Part shown: positions 54,096 to 64,000 of the stretch, in pieces
How the letters are laid out: every line of letters begins with the position of its first letter
Position numbering within the stretch: the first letter of the stretch is position 1
NCBI RefSeq assembly: GCF_018350175.1
Contig: NC_058368.1
Span: 178,004,001 to 178,068,000 of the forward strand
Direction: 5' to 3'
Length of the DNA stretch: 64,000 nt
From: Felis catus
Taxonomy: Eukaryota
Program-made: the position numbers and the translations under genes
Notes under the pieces: model-generated
Databases searched by the model: none
Seen by the model: only the letters and a program-made list of their open reading frames with translations
What the model was told of the DNA's origin: nothing

Positions 54096-54611
54096 AGTAA
54101 TATCCTATAATTAAACATACATTTCTCATATGACCCAGCAATCTGTCTTAGGTATTTACCCAAGAGAAATAAAAATTTAAAAACACACAAAGACTTGTCT
54201 GCAAATGTTCATACCACCATTATTCATAATAGCCTCCCAACTGAAAGTGGAACTCAAATGTCCATCACACAGTGGATAGACTATAGTTTTATAGATAAAA
54301 CTATACTATGGAATACTATGCAGCAATAAAAAGAAACAAAATATTAATATACACAATATATTTGAATGTCAAAAACATTATGCTATGCAAAGTCAACCAC
54401 AAAAGACTACTTACTATATGATTCCATTTATGCAAAAATTTAAAAGAGACAAACCACAATTACAGAAACCAGTGGTTCCCATGTCAAGAGTCAGGGAAAG
54501 GGATCAAAGAGCATGAGGAAATTATTTGGAGTGCAGGAAATTCTATTTTGAATGTGGTGATAGTTACATGGCTATGAATAACTGTTAAATTCATCAAACT
54601 GTACACTCAAA

Positions 54612-54613
54612 AA

Positions 54614-54669
<56 letters not shown>

Positions 54670-54678
54670 AAAGAAAAA
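54612..54678 (+). repeat. (GAAA)n tetranucleotide microsatellite at an L1 tail
   Basis: Read directly, about 14 units. Confidence 0.96.
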
Positions 54679-56276
54679 GATATTTGCAACTCTTACCACA
54701 GACAAGGAGCTCATTTTTCTAAAATACAAAGAGCTCTTATAAAAAAAAATCAATGAGAAAAGTAAGGACCAACACCCAAAAAACAGCAAAGAAATTAACA
54801 TGTCATTACAGAAAAACAAGACTAAATAGTCTTAAATAAACTTAATGCCTAACTGATATGAGAATATTAAATTATACTAAGAAACCATTTTTCACCTATA
54901 GAATTGCTAAGAATTCAAAAGCCTGGTAAAATTATCCTGTGAAGGCAATATGGAAACACTCCCATAGATATATAGCTGGTGGACAAGTAAATTGACATAG
55001 TCCTTTCCAAAAGTAATTTGGCAATATCTATAAAAGTTGTAAATATTTACCCTTTTAGCCAATAGTAATTCTACTCTGGGAATTTATCTTCTATATATAC
55101 TTGTATACACATAAAATGACATATATACATGGTTAATCTATATGACATTAATTTTAATAGCTGGAGATGAAAAATAATTCTAATGACTTTCAATGGTAGA
55201 AAGAATGATTAAATAATGATACAGTAAGAATAAAATATTATGCATCTATAAAAAATAAGCATTCTCCAAATTGGAAAATAGCTATAAAGTACACTGTTAA
55301 ATGAAAGAAAAAGCAAGAGTAGAACACTAAGGGTGTATACCACATCCTAAGTAAATAAAGAGGGATAAGATTTATAAATTCATAGTTGTTTGTATATGCA
55401 CGCAGAAACTTTGAAAATATACACAAAATTAGTAAAAATTGCTACATAGAGTGAAGAACAAGAGGACAGATCACAGAACTGAAACAGAAACACATTTTAA
55501 TTTATTTTTTCTGGATAACGGGGACATATTACCTCTTTAAAAAGATTAGGTGATTTAATTAAAATAAAGTTTGATATGAAAAATAACTAAGAGAATAGAT
55601 ACATTAAAGTGACATGTAAAGGCAGATCACAAACTTGGGGACAATATTTACAATTCAAATCACTAAAGGGTTAGCATCAAAAACACAAAAAGAATTCAAT
55701 CAGTAAAAGATAAACTAATAATCCAAATGAAGAGTAGAAAAATGAACAAAAATCATAAATATGTGTCATTGATAATGACACAAATACCAGTCAACAAACA
55801 TAAAACAATACTAAACTTCATTAATTATGAGAAAAAAACTAAAATACCCATGAGGTATATTACCTGAACTAGTCTGGTAAAAATTTTAAGTCTAACATTA
55901 TGAGGTGTTGGCAAAGATCTATGTGAGGGTGGGTGGGAAGTAAAGTAGAAAATCACTCTGTAAACGAGTTTGGCATCATTCTACTGAAACTATGTAATGG
56001 ATATACATAACAATCTTTACACAGCTGCACTCATTCCATTAGCAAAAAGCAGAAAAAATACAAATATCCACTGACAAGAAAATGCATAAATAAATTTGGT
56101 ATATTCAAACAACAGAACAGTGGCAGTGCAAATCAAGGAACTACAGCCATAGCATCAACACAAACCCTCATAAATGCAATACTGAGGAAAAAAAAAAAAG
56201 CAAGTTGTAGAATGCAGTTTCATTGTATACAGTTGTATAAGGTTCAGAAATTTGCAAAACCATGAATTATTTCCAG

Positions 56277-56277
<1 letters not shown>

Positions 56278-56313
<36 letters not shown>

Positions 56314-56375
56314 GTGTCTGTATACACCCATACACACACACACACACACACATACACACACACACACACACACAC
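56278..56375 (+). repeat. (TA)n/(CA)n compound microsatellite
   Basis: Read directly from the sequence. Confidence 0.93.
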
Positions 56376-57580
56376 AGTACTACTATGAGTAACAAAAGGC
56401 ACTAATTGATAAATGCAAAATTCAAGATTCCAAGTATTTTCTGCTGGAAGAAAGGATAGATTTGGACAGAGAAACAATGGGAACAACAAAGATACTGATA
56501 CTGACCTATTCTTTACGCTGTGTGATGCTGTTTGTTATTGCTAGTCACCATGTCTCAATATGTATACACAGCCTTTTGTACGTATTTAATATTTAATAAT
56601 TTTGAAAACTCTGAAGGAAGAAATCAACCATGAAAAGACTAAAATGCTGCAAAAATATTGCTCCTTAATTTAATTTATAAATAATGAGATCTTAATAAGA
56701 GAGATTATTTGAAGTAGAGGTTAACTACTCCACTATGTAGCCCGTCAGCAGTTTTTTAATGTGTGACTCCAAACACAAAAACAAAAACAGATAATAAAAG
56801 ACATTTTAAGACATTACATAAAAGTAAAAGATAATCTTTTAAACAATGTTTTGAAAAGAGTTTAGATAGGAAATCACGGAGTCTATTATCCCTTACCACT
56901 CACTTCCCAAAACAATAAAAGGAAAAAAACATAAAAGAAAAACATTCTGGAACCATAATTAAAGTGTCTTCTTTTAGAAATGGATAAAGTCAGTTCCATT
57001 CTCATATTCATTTCATTTTTTAAAAATGTGAAAAATATATTTATTTAATTTTATTCCGTGCAATGTTCCTGAAAGGATTTAAAGGGACATTCAGAAATAA
57101 ATAAACCCTCCTTCAATAAAGCATTAAAGAAAAATAATGAGGAAAGTGAGGATTCAAATGTAATAGTAAACTAAAGCCATAGTGAAGGATAATACACAAA
57201 TGCAAAACCATAATGAGGTCTTATACAATTTTTTATTGGATGAAATTGGGCTTTGAATTTGCAGTCAAATATAGCAAAGAAGAAAACATGATTAGTTAAA
57301 AGATAGTTACAAGTTAATGAACTCTACTCAAATACCATTATCAGCTTTCCTTGATACCGATTCCAGAGAAATACTTCCCATGTATCTTATAAATGAGAAC
57401 TGAAAATTAACCACCAGGCAACCAAAATACCCAGAAGGCTAACAAAATTAATGGCTTATTAGAGGACGAGGAATTGGGGGAAATACATAAAAATAATTTG
57501 CAGTAAAAGTATTAAAGTGATTAATGAAGCTACTTAAAATTCAACATAATACCATATAAAGTCATACAAAGTTTACTGAC

Positions 57581-57774
57581 CTTCCTGAATTGCCATGTCC
57601 ACAGTTATCCCAGAAGCTGAATGAAGAAGCTTTTGGTAATTCTGCGCATTTTGGTCAAACAACTGTACAAGAAGAGTGCACGTCTTTTCATATTCACATC
57701 TGCTGACAGTGCACAACTGTTCGAGCTGCTGAAACACAGTAGCAGTGTCATCCAGTGGATCATCTAAATTATCT
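57581..57774 (-). CDS. RANBP17: RANBP17 coding exon (probable exon 12), 194 nt, phase 2-1
   Basis: Acceptor atttgcag|A, donor AAG|gtcagt. Translates (R)[64 protein letters not shown](G). Lies inside ORF-track entry 57573..57854. Confidence 0.95.
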
Positions 57775-57884
57775 CTGCAAATATATAAGAACAGGTTCAC
57801 AGCCAACATTAGGATATGATATACATTTTTTAAATGTGATAAGCTTCTATTCACTACAAATAAACTTTATGTTAAACAAAAATT

Positions 57885-59725
57885 CCATCATGGATAAAGA
57901 AAAAGAAGACAAATGGATTGGAAAGTAAGAGATAAAATACCTATGTTCGAAGACGACATGATTGTACACATGAAAAATCCCAAAGAAACCATAAAAAAAG
58001 CTACAATTACTTACAGATGAGTTTACCAAGGTCCTAGCATAACAGGGTCAATATACAAAACTCAACCACATTACTAATTACTAGCAATGAACAATTGGAA
58101 CTTGACATTTAAAAAACTGCATGTTCCAAAGAAATCAGAAAAAAATCTAATTCATTAAACCTAATTAAACATATATAAAATCTGAAGGCTTAATACAACA
58201 CAACACTAAGCAAAGAAATCACAAAAGAGCTAAATAAATTAAAAGATAAACATGATTATTGACTGAAAGACCTGATACTGCCGAGGTATCAATTCTTCCC
58301 CCAGGTTAATCTACAAATTTAAAGCAATCCTAATCAAAATCTCAGCAAGATTTTTTATAGATACAAGATAATCCTAAAGTTTACATGGGAAAGCAAAGGA
58401 AGTAAAAAAACCATAACAACTGAAAAAGGGAAACCAAGGTAAAAGACTCACACTACCTGATTTCAAAGCTTATAGGGCTACTATATTCAAGACAGGGTAT
58501 TGGCAGAAGGAAAAATATATAGATTAATGAGAACAGAGTCCAGAAAGCACACGTGTGGTCAATTAATTTTTGAAAACAGTATAAAGGCAATACAATGGAG
58601 AAGAGATAGTCTTCTCCACAAATGATGCTGGGATAATTGGTCACCCATAAAAAAAACAAAAAACCAAAAAATAACTTCAAGCTATCTCATATAAAAATTA
58701 ACTCGAAATGGATCACAGAAGTAAATGTAAATTCTAAAACTATAAAACTTGTAAAAGAAAAAATAAAAGATGAATTGAACTTCACTTAACTCTAAAACTT
58801 CTTTGAAAGACTGTGAAGGAAATGAAAAGGCAAGCTATGGATTAAAAGATAGTATTTATAAAACACATACAATAAAAAGATTTGTGATCTCATATATATA
58901 GACCTCTTAAATCTCAATATAATAAACAACCCAATTTTAAAAAAGGGCAACAAATTTAACAGGTGCTTTACCAAATAATATATACAAATGGTAAATAATA
59001 TTGGTCATTAAGAGAATGCAAATTAAACCCCAAATGAGGTACCACTACACACCTATTAGAATGACTAAAATTTAAAAAAAAATTGACAATATCAAGTGCT
59101 GATGAGAATAAAGGGCAATTAGGTCTCTCATACATTGCTGGTGGGAATGCCACTTTGCAAAACAGTTTGGCAGTTTCTTATAAAGTAAAACACACACTCA
59201 CCATGCAACCCAGAAATCTGCCACCTACACATTTACCCAAGAGAAATAAAAACTTATGTTCACACAAAAACCTGCACAGCAATGTTTACAGCTGTTTTAT
59301 TCATAATTGACAAAAATGGAAACAACCCAAATGTCCCTCAACGAGTGAATGGATAAACAAACTGATATATCCAGGAAATGAAATACCATTCAGCAATAAA
59401 TTTTAAGAACTCCTGATGCAACATGGAGGAATCTCAAATACATTATGTCAAGTGAAAGAAGCTGAACTAAAAGGCTATATATTATATCTATACAACATTC
59501 TAAAAAGGCAAAAACTATAGGAAAACAGAACAAATAAGTAAGTGCCAGAGTCTGAGGGTGGAGAAAGGACTGACTATAAGGGACACAAAAGAACTTTCTG
59601 GTGTGATGAAACTAGTCTCTATCTTGACTGTAATGGTAGTTATACAACTATATGCACGTGTCAGAACTCATAGACCTATTCACTAAAAAGGGTGATTTTA
59701 CACTAGGTAAATTATACCTCAAATT
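57885..59725 (+). mobile_element. Old L1M (ORF2 3' part plus 3' UTR) filling most of the 2-kb intron between exons 11 and 12
   Basis: gacgacatgattgtac (DDMIV), caccactacacacctattagaatg-like motif and a 3' UTR ending aaattatacctcaa. Confidence 0.78.
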
Positions 59726-59783
59726 TTTTAAATTCTAAGATGCAAAAGATAAAAATAAAACAGAAACATTTAGTTTTCAATAC

Positions 59784-59956
59784 CTCACAACTATGGCAAC
59801 AGATTCCAAGCGAGAAGTGATAAAGGCCTTCGTGATTTCTGGTGCATAAGTGTCTAATAAGTGGGGCTCAGTTGATTTCACAAAAGGAACTGATGCTACC
59901 ATCCTTTGCCACAGAGTTAATAAATAATGAACACTGTTGGGAGCAAATTCCCAATG
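59784..59956 (-). CDS. RANBP17: RANBP17 coding exon (probable exon 11), 173 nt, phase 0-2
   Basis: Acceptor tttctttgtag|CAT, donor GAG|gtattg. Translates [57 protein letters not shown](R). Confidence 0.95.
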
Positions 59957-60560
59957 CTACAAAGAAATAAAGCAAACGTTATTTAAAATGACATATCTTC
60001 TTAGAATTAAGAATTAATAAGACAATTACTAAATACAGATTTTCTAAACAAAATTACTAAACACAGACTTTAAAATTAACTTTTATTCTGATCATATAAC
60101 CAATCATCATTAACATAGCAAATTTTGTAAATAAATGCAAAAAAGCATAAAGAAGAAACCAATAATCTCTCATTCTACCACCCAAGGGTGATCACTATTT
60201 AAAGTTGGTGTGCTTCCGTCTAATCTTTCCATGAATATTTTTGAGTTCATATCATGTGGAAAATGTGGTTTTAAAGCTTTCCCCCAACTTATAAAAAGAA
60301 TTTTCTAAAAAAAAATCTTTAAAAAATGGCTTTTATTTCTTCACATAAATTTTACTATAGCTTCTCAACTCATTCTTTAGTAGATACTCAGCCTCTAAAT
60401 GTTTATTATAAAATGTTACAATGAACTTTCACCTAAAACCCTGGAATAAGTATTTTTAGCAAAGCACTCTAACAAATGTTGAAAGTCCCCACCAAATCTT
60501 ACCAAGAAATTGTTCTAAAAAGTATCTACTGTTTAACATCAATTATATGTTTTTATTTAC

Positions 60561-60707
60561 CTGCAGGCTAGTAATGGTAAAGTTAGCAATCAATCTGATA
60601 ACTTCAGGATATTCCTTCACCATAACTAATTCTCCCAGCTGATAATTTGTCTTTAAACGAGCCAAAAATCGGCAAAATTCATGATAATTACCTGGATCAG
60701 ACAAACC
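60561..60707 (-). CDS. RANBP17: RANBP17 coding exon (probable exon 10), 147 nt, phase 0-0
   Basis: Acceptor cataatttag|GGT, donor CAG|gtaaat. Translates [49 protein letters not shown]. Confidence 0.95.
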
Positions 60708-62167
60708 CTAAATTATGAGACAAAAAGAAAGCCTTTTTAAAATACTTAAAAACAAACCAAGCTAATGACTTATCACTAAAATTCCAAGAGTATTTTATTA
60801 AGTTTTCCGGTTTTCATGGGTACATATGGTACTTTGTGTCACCTGAGTACATCATTAATGAAAGAAAACAAATGATTCCTGTTGGATTTAATGTTGGCAT
60901 CAATGATTAAAATAAGGAATCCAAAGTAGAGGATCTGGAAAAAGCTTTCCTCTGTGATGACTAAATCATGTTTAGGAACCCAGTGTATTACAGAAAAAAT
61001 TTGCATGTGTGCGTACATGTCTGTGTGTGCACGTGTATGTGTACTGTGGCTTAAACACAAGTCAGTAGAAGACTTGAAAAATATTTAAGATGAAAATTAA
61101 GAATGGGTTCTTGAAACCCTGGAAAAGAGCAATACCAACTGATGAACTTAAATGGTATTTGTGCATACACAACAGAAATTTCTTTTAATTCAATAAATAT
61201 TTATTGAGTACCTATAGGCATTGAGCCCTCAAGCAACTCCTTGTCCCTAAGTCAAGTCATTCAAAACAATTATTACAACGTAGGGCAGAAAGTCTAACAG
61301 AAGTACTATAAGACACAGAGGTAACCTCAGGGAAGGAAAGGTTAAAAAGGAAGACCAAGAAAGAGGCCCCCAGTTGTCTGTGAGAGCTCCTTGAAGATAG
61401 GACACCAGTGTTATCTTTATAAAAGTTTGAACATTTTGTTTGCATTGTAGCTGGCATGACAGAGACTTCAAAGAGTATATGTTTAATACTCAAAGAGTTT
61501 CTAAGAAATTTCATTCATATGAGCTCCAAGAAAATATAAAACAGTATCTAATTATTAAGGACAAATTACAAAAAGATACTTCATACTAATAGATCTTTTA
61601 CTACATGACTGTAATTCTAAAATAATATAATACTCAAGCCAACTTTTACAGACATGAAACATGAACATGAGGAGGCTGGAAAACCAATTAAAACAATGAT
61701 CTGATATTACCATATTATCTTTCATATACTAATTGATGACAGTGAGTTAAACAACTAAAAATTTTGACATACATTAGTAAAATCCCATTTATCAACAAAA
61801 CATGTAAATTTCTTAATTCCGCTATCATTGAAAAAATAAAATAATAGCATAACACCTAAAATACTAAAATACTTCTGAGAATGACATACAAAATCAATTG
61901 CTCCTTAGCTAGCAAGCAAATTTTCTTTATGTACAGATACTATATGTCCTCTCAAAAGTTATTAGTAACTAAGAGACAGATAAATCTCCTTAAATCATTT
62001 AACAGTTTAAAATCCATATGTTAAACCAAAGACAAAATAAAAAGCAAAACAAAACATGTTATCGAGGCAGTCAAAATCACTAATTAATAATGGCTTTGCA
62101 ATGCTCTGAAATGAACATTGCAGTTAATGTATAGGAAAGGTTTTTAAATCTACAAACTCTTATTTGT

Positions 62168-62181
62168 CCACAAGAGGGCAA
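62168..62181 (+). promoter_or_regulatory. Candidate CTCF-binding motif
   Basis: CCACAAGAGGGCAA resembles the CTCF core CCASYAGRKGGCRS (12 of 14 positions) in AT-rich, repeat-poor intron sequence. Motif match only. Confidence 0.35.
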
Positions 62182-62602
62182 AAAGACATAATTTCAAAAT
62201 TTAAAGCCACTTACTCCAATATTAACATTCAGATTTATATTAAGTCTTCAGAAGGTAGATATAACTCCGAATTAATTACTTTAGTAATTTAAGAAGTACA
62301 AGCAAGCAAAGAAATGCAGTACAACGGTGTAAAGCAGAAGCATAATAAGATATATACCTTCTATTCTTATTCACCTAAAAAAATGGAAAAAAATAAAAAA
62401 AGGAAGAATACAGAAGTGTATCAGGAAAGCATCCATTTTTAAAAACTGTCCATTTCTACTATAAATGAGATCAAGGGAAGATGGATATGACAGTTCATGT
62501 TTCTTCCAGAATCATAATCAAATCATGAGTTTATTACACACCTTTCAGCAGAAAAACTGTATTTCTATATACTAAGTATTAATTAAATTACTTCATAAAT
62601 AC

Positions 62603-62722
62603 CTGAGGGTTTTCAAGTATCCTTTTTACTCCCTTAATTAAATTACCAAGGTACTTGGCACGTTCAGGACTGCTAAATAAGGACCTTCTTGTAGAAGCAA
62701 ACTGAACTAAACATGAAAGTGC
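62603..62722 (-). CDS. RANBP17: RANBP17 coding exon (probable exon 9), 120 nt, phase 0-0
   Basis: Acceptor ttcctatttttag|GCA, donor CAG|gtattt. Translates [40 protein letters not shown]. Confidence 0.95.
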
Positions 62723-63738
62723 CTAAAAATAGGAACAACAAAATTCATTTCAATTTTAAAAGTAACTATGGCCACATGTAAGGAGCACGAGTCTTTACAT
62801 AAAAAATATTTTTTAATTTTTGTGATACAAAAGGATTATAGGATCTAGGAACCCTGAAAGCTACACATCATCAATCACCATCACTACCCATAACCCTTTA
62901 ACTCCACCACTAAAATTTCTATTTGTGTGTGTTCTCTTTTAATATACTGTCATATACGTATGCCAGAGCAACTTGGACATACTCAAAAGGCTCCCAGTTG
63001 CTTCTTATGCCCACCTCTGTTCATGAACCAATAAAACAGGTGTTCTACCAAAATTAAAATATGGTTTTGTGGTAGAGTATGTTTAAGAAATACTGTACAT
63101 TCTGTACTGTGGTATCCTGTAAGTGGGGGAACTTTACTTCAGTGTAACTTGGTGTAACTTTACTTAATCCAGCATATCCCAAATTTATTTGGTGATGGTA
63201 CATCTTACCCATACCATCCATTAATATCTTGAGACACAATTTGGAGAATACTGCTGGAAATATCAGATATTCTACAAAAATTCCAAAAAAATATCAACGG
63301 TCTAGTTATCTTCCAAAAGTTAATACTTTACCAGACGATTTTACTAATTGGGTTCTTAATTCTACTACTGAAAACCATTTGAAGCCTGTTTGATCTTTAA
63401 GTGAGTGGCCCAAAACTGGCAACTTTTCAGGCCAAACGGCCCTCATAAGTTTTGTTTTGGTCCACATACGTTTGTTTGCCCACTTTATAAAAAAAAAAAA
63501 AAAAAAATAGAATTAGTGGCTAAATATTTAAATATTTCAATTAAGAGACTTTACATAATGTCTGGCTCTCCTAACAAAGGTGAGAACATGGACAAGAATC
63601 AGAGGACGGCCTTTTTAGATGTTCTCTAGTTGGCCACAGTCCTTACTGTTTTAAACAAATAAAAAACCAAAAACTCCTCAGGCAATTTTGATGTGTAGAA
63701 GGTTTGGGAACCACTAGTGTATCAAAAATATCCAGGGT

Positions 63739-63915
63739 GGGGCTCCTGGGTTGTTCAGTCAGTTGAGTGTCCTACTCTTGTTTTCAGCTTAGGTCACAAT
63801 CTCACAGTCGTGGGATCAGGCCCTGCATTGGGCTCCATGTTGGGCATGGAGCCTACTTAAGATTCTCTCCCTTCCTCTCTCTCTCTGCCCCCCCCCCCAA
63901 AACAAAACAAAACAA
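63739..63915 (+). mobile_element. Can-SINE inserted at the edge of a MIR fragment
   Basis: Head ggggctcctgggttgttcagtc, (CAAAA)n tail, followed by MIR core cctgggtttgaatctcagc. Confidence 0.85.
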
Positions 63916-64000
63916 AACAATACTCAGGGTCTGGGGGCCAAAAACACCTGGGTTTGAATCTCAGCTTCATTATTTAGTTTGCTGCCCTAAAGAAATTCCT

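Larger units (their letters stand above)
49830..54610 (+). mobile_element. Ancient L1M ORF2 plus 3' UTR with nested SINEs and L1 3' ends
   Basis: Decayed endonuclease (DRLKVNGWRRIY in ORF 49909..50124), RT (tttgcagatgacatgatc near 52628) and 3' UTR. Confidence 0.78.
1..64000 (-). other. RANBP17: Internal part of the RANBP17 transcription unit (probable intron 8 to intron 14); both gene ends lie outside the window
   Basis: Six minus-strand exons of 120, 147, 173, 194, 106 and 136 nt have compatible phases and give one continuous exportin-7-family peptide. Residues match RANBP17 rather than XPO7 as recalled. Introns are 1895, 604, 2009, 22551, 10126 and at least 24661 nt. Confidence 0.93.

Noticed and set aside
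57573..57854. 93-aa ORF as a standalone gene
   Set aside because: It is RANBP17 exon 12 plus in-frame intronic flanks.
62723..64000. Possible upstream RANBP17 exon 8 in the last 1.3 kb
   Set aside because: I found no AG...GT-bounded segment giving exportin-like sequence. The region looks like hAT-type, SINE and MIR fragments.
1..64000. Intronic snoRNA, snRNA or miRNA genes
   Set aside because: I recognised none by eye. An Infernal/Rfam scan would be needed to exclude them.

Overview
Mammalian nuclear DNA, almost certainly from a felid (carnivore tRNA-derived Can-SINEs of the SINEC_Fc type and felid-type L1 3' ends). The whole window lies inside RANBP17 (RAN-binding protein 17, importin-beta/exportin-7 family) on the minus strand. 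Six coding exons were read by hand: 62603-62722, 60561-60707, 59784-59956, 57581-57774, 34924-35029 and 24662-24797. All have canonical GT-AG sites and splice into one open frame of 876 nt (292 codons). From recalled human exon sizes these are exons 9-14, and positions 1-24661 are the start of the very large intron 14. The rest is intronic and repeat-rich: a full-length but frameshifted L1 in gene-sense orientation (about 12343-18261), a 5'-truncated L1, many old L1M/L2/MIR/MLT/Tigger fragments, about 20 Can-SINEs and microsatellites. I found no evidence of a novel protein-coding system. The most unusual features are retrotransposition footprints: a retroposed 3'-UTR fragment carrying an antisense SINE and a nested L1 stub, a duplicated L1 5' end with interleaved target-site copies, repeat insertions into one target site, and a bare poly(A) insertion. 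A candidate CTCF site is also present. Repeat subfamily names and ancient-repeat boundaries are from memory and approximate.
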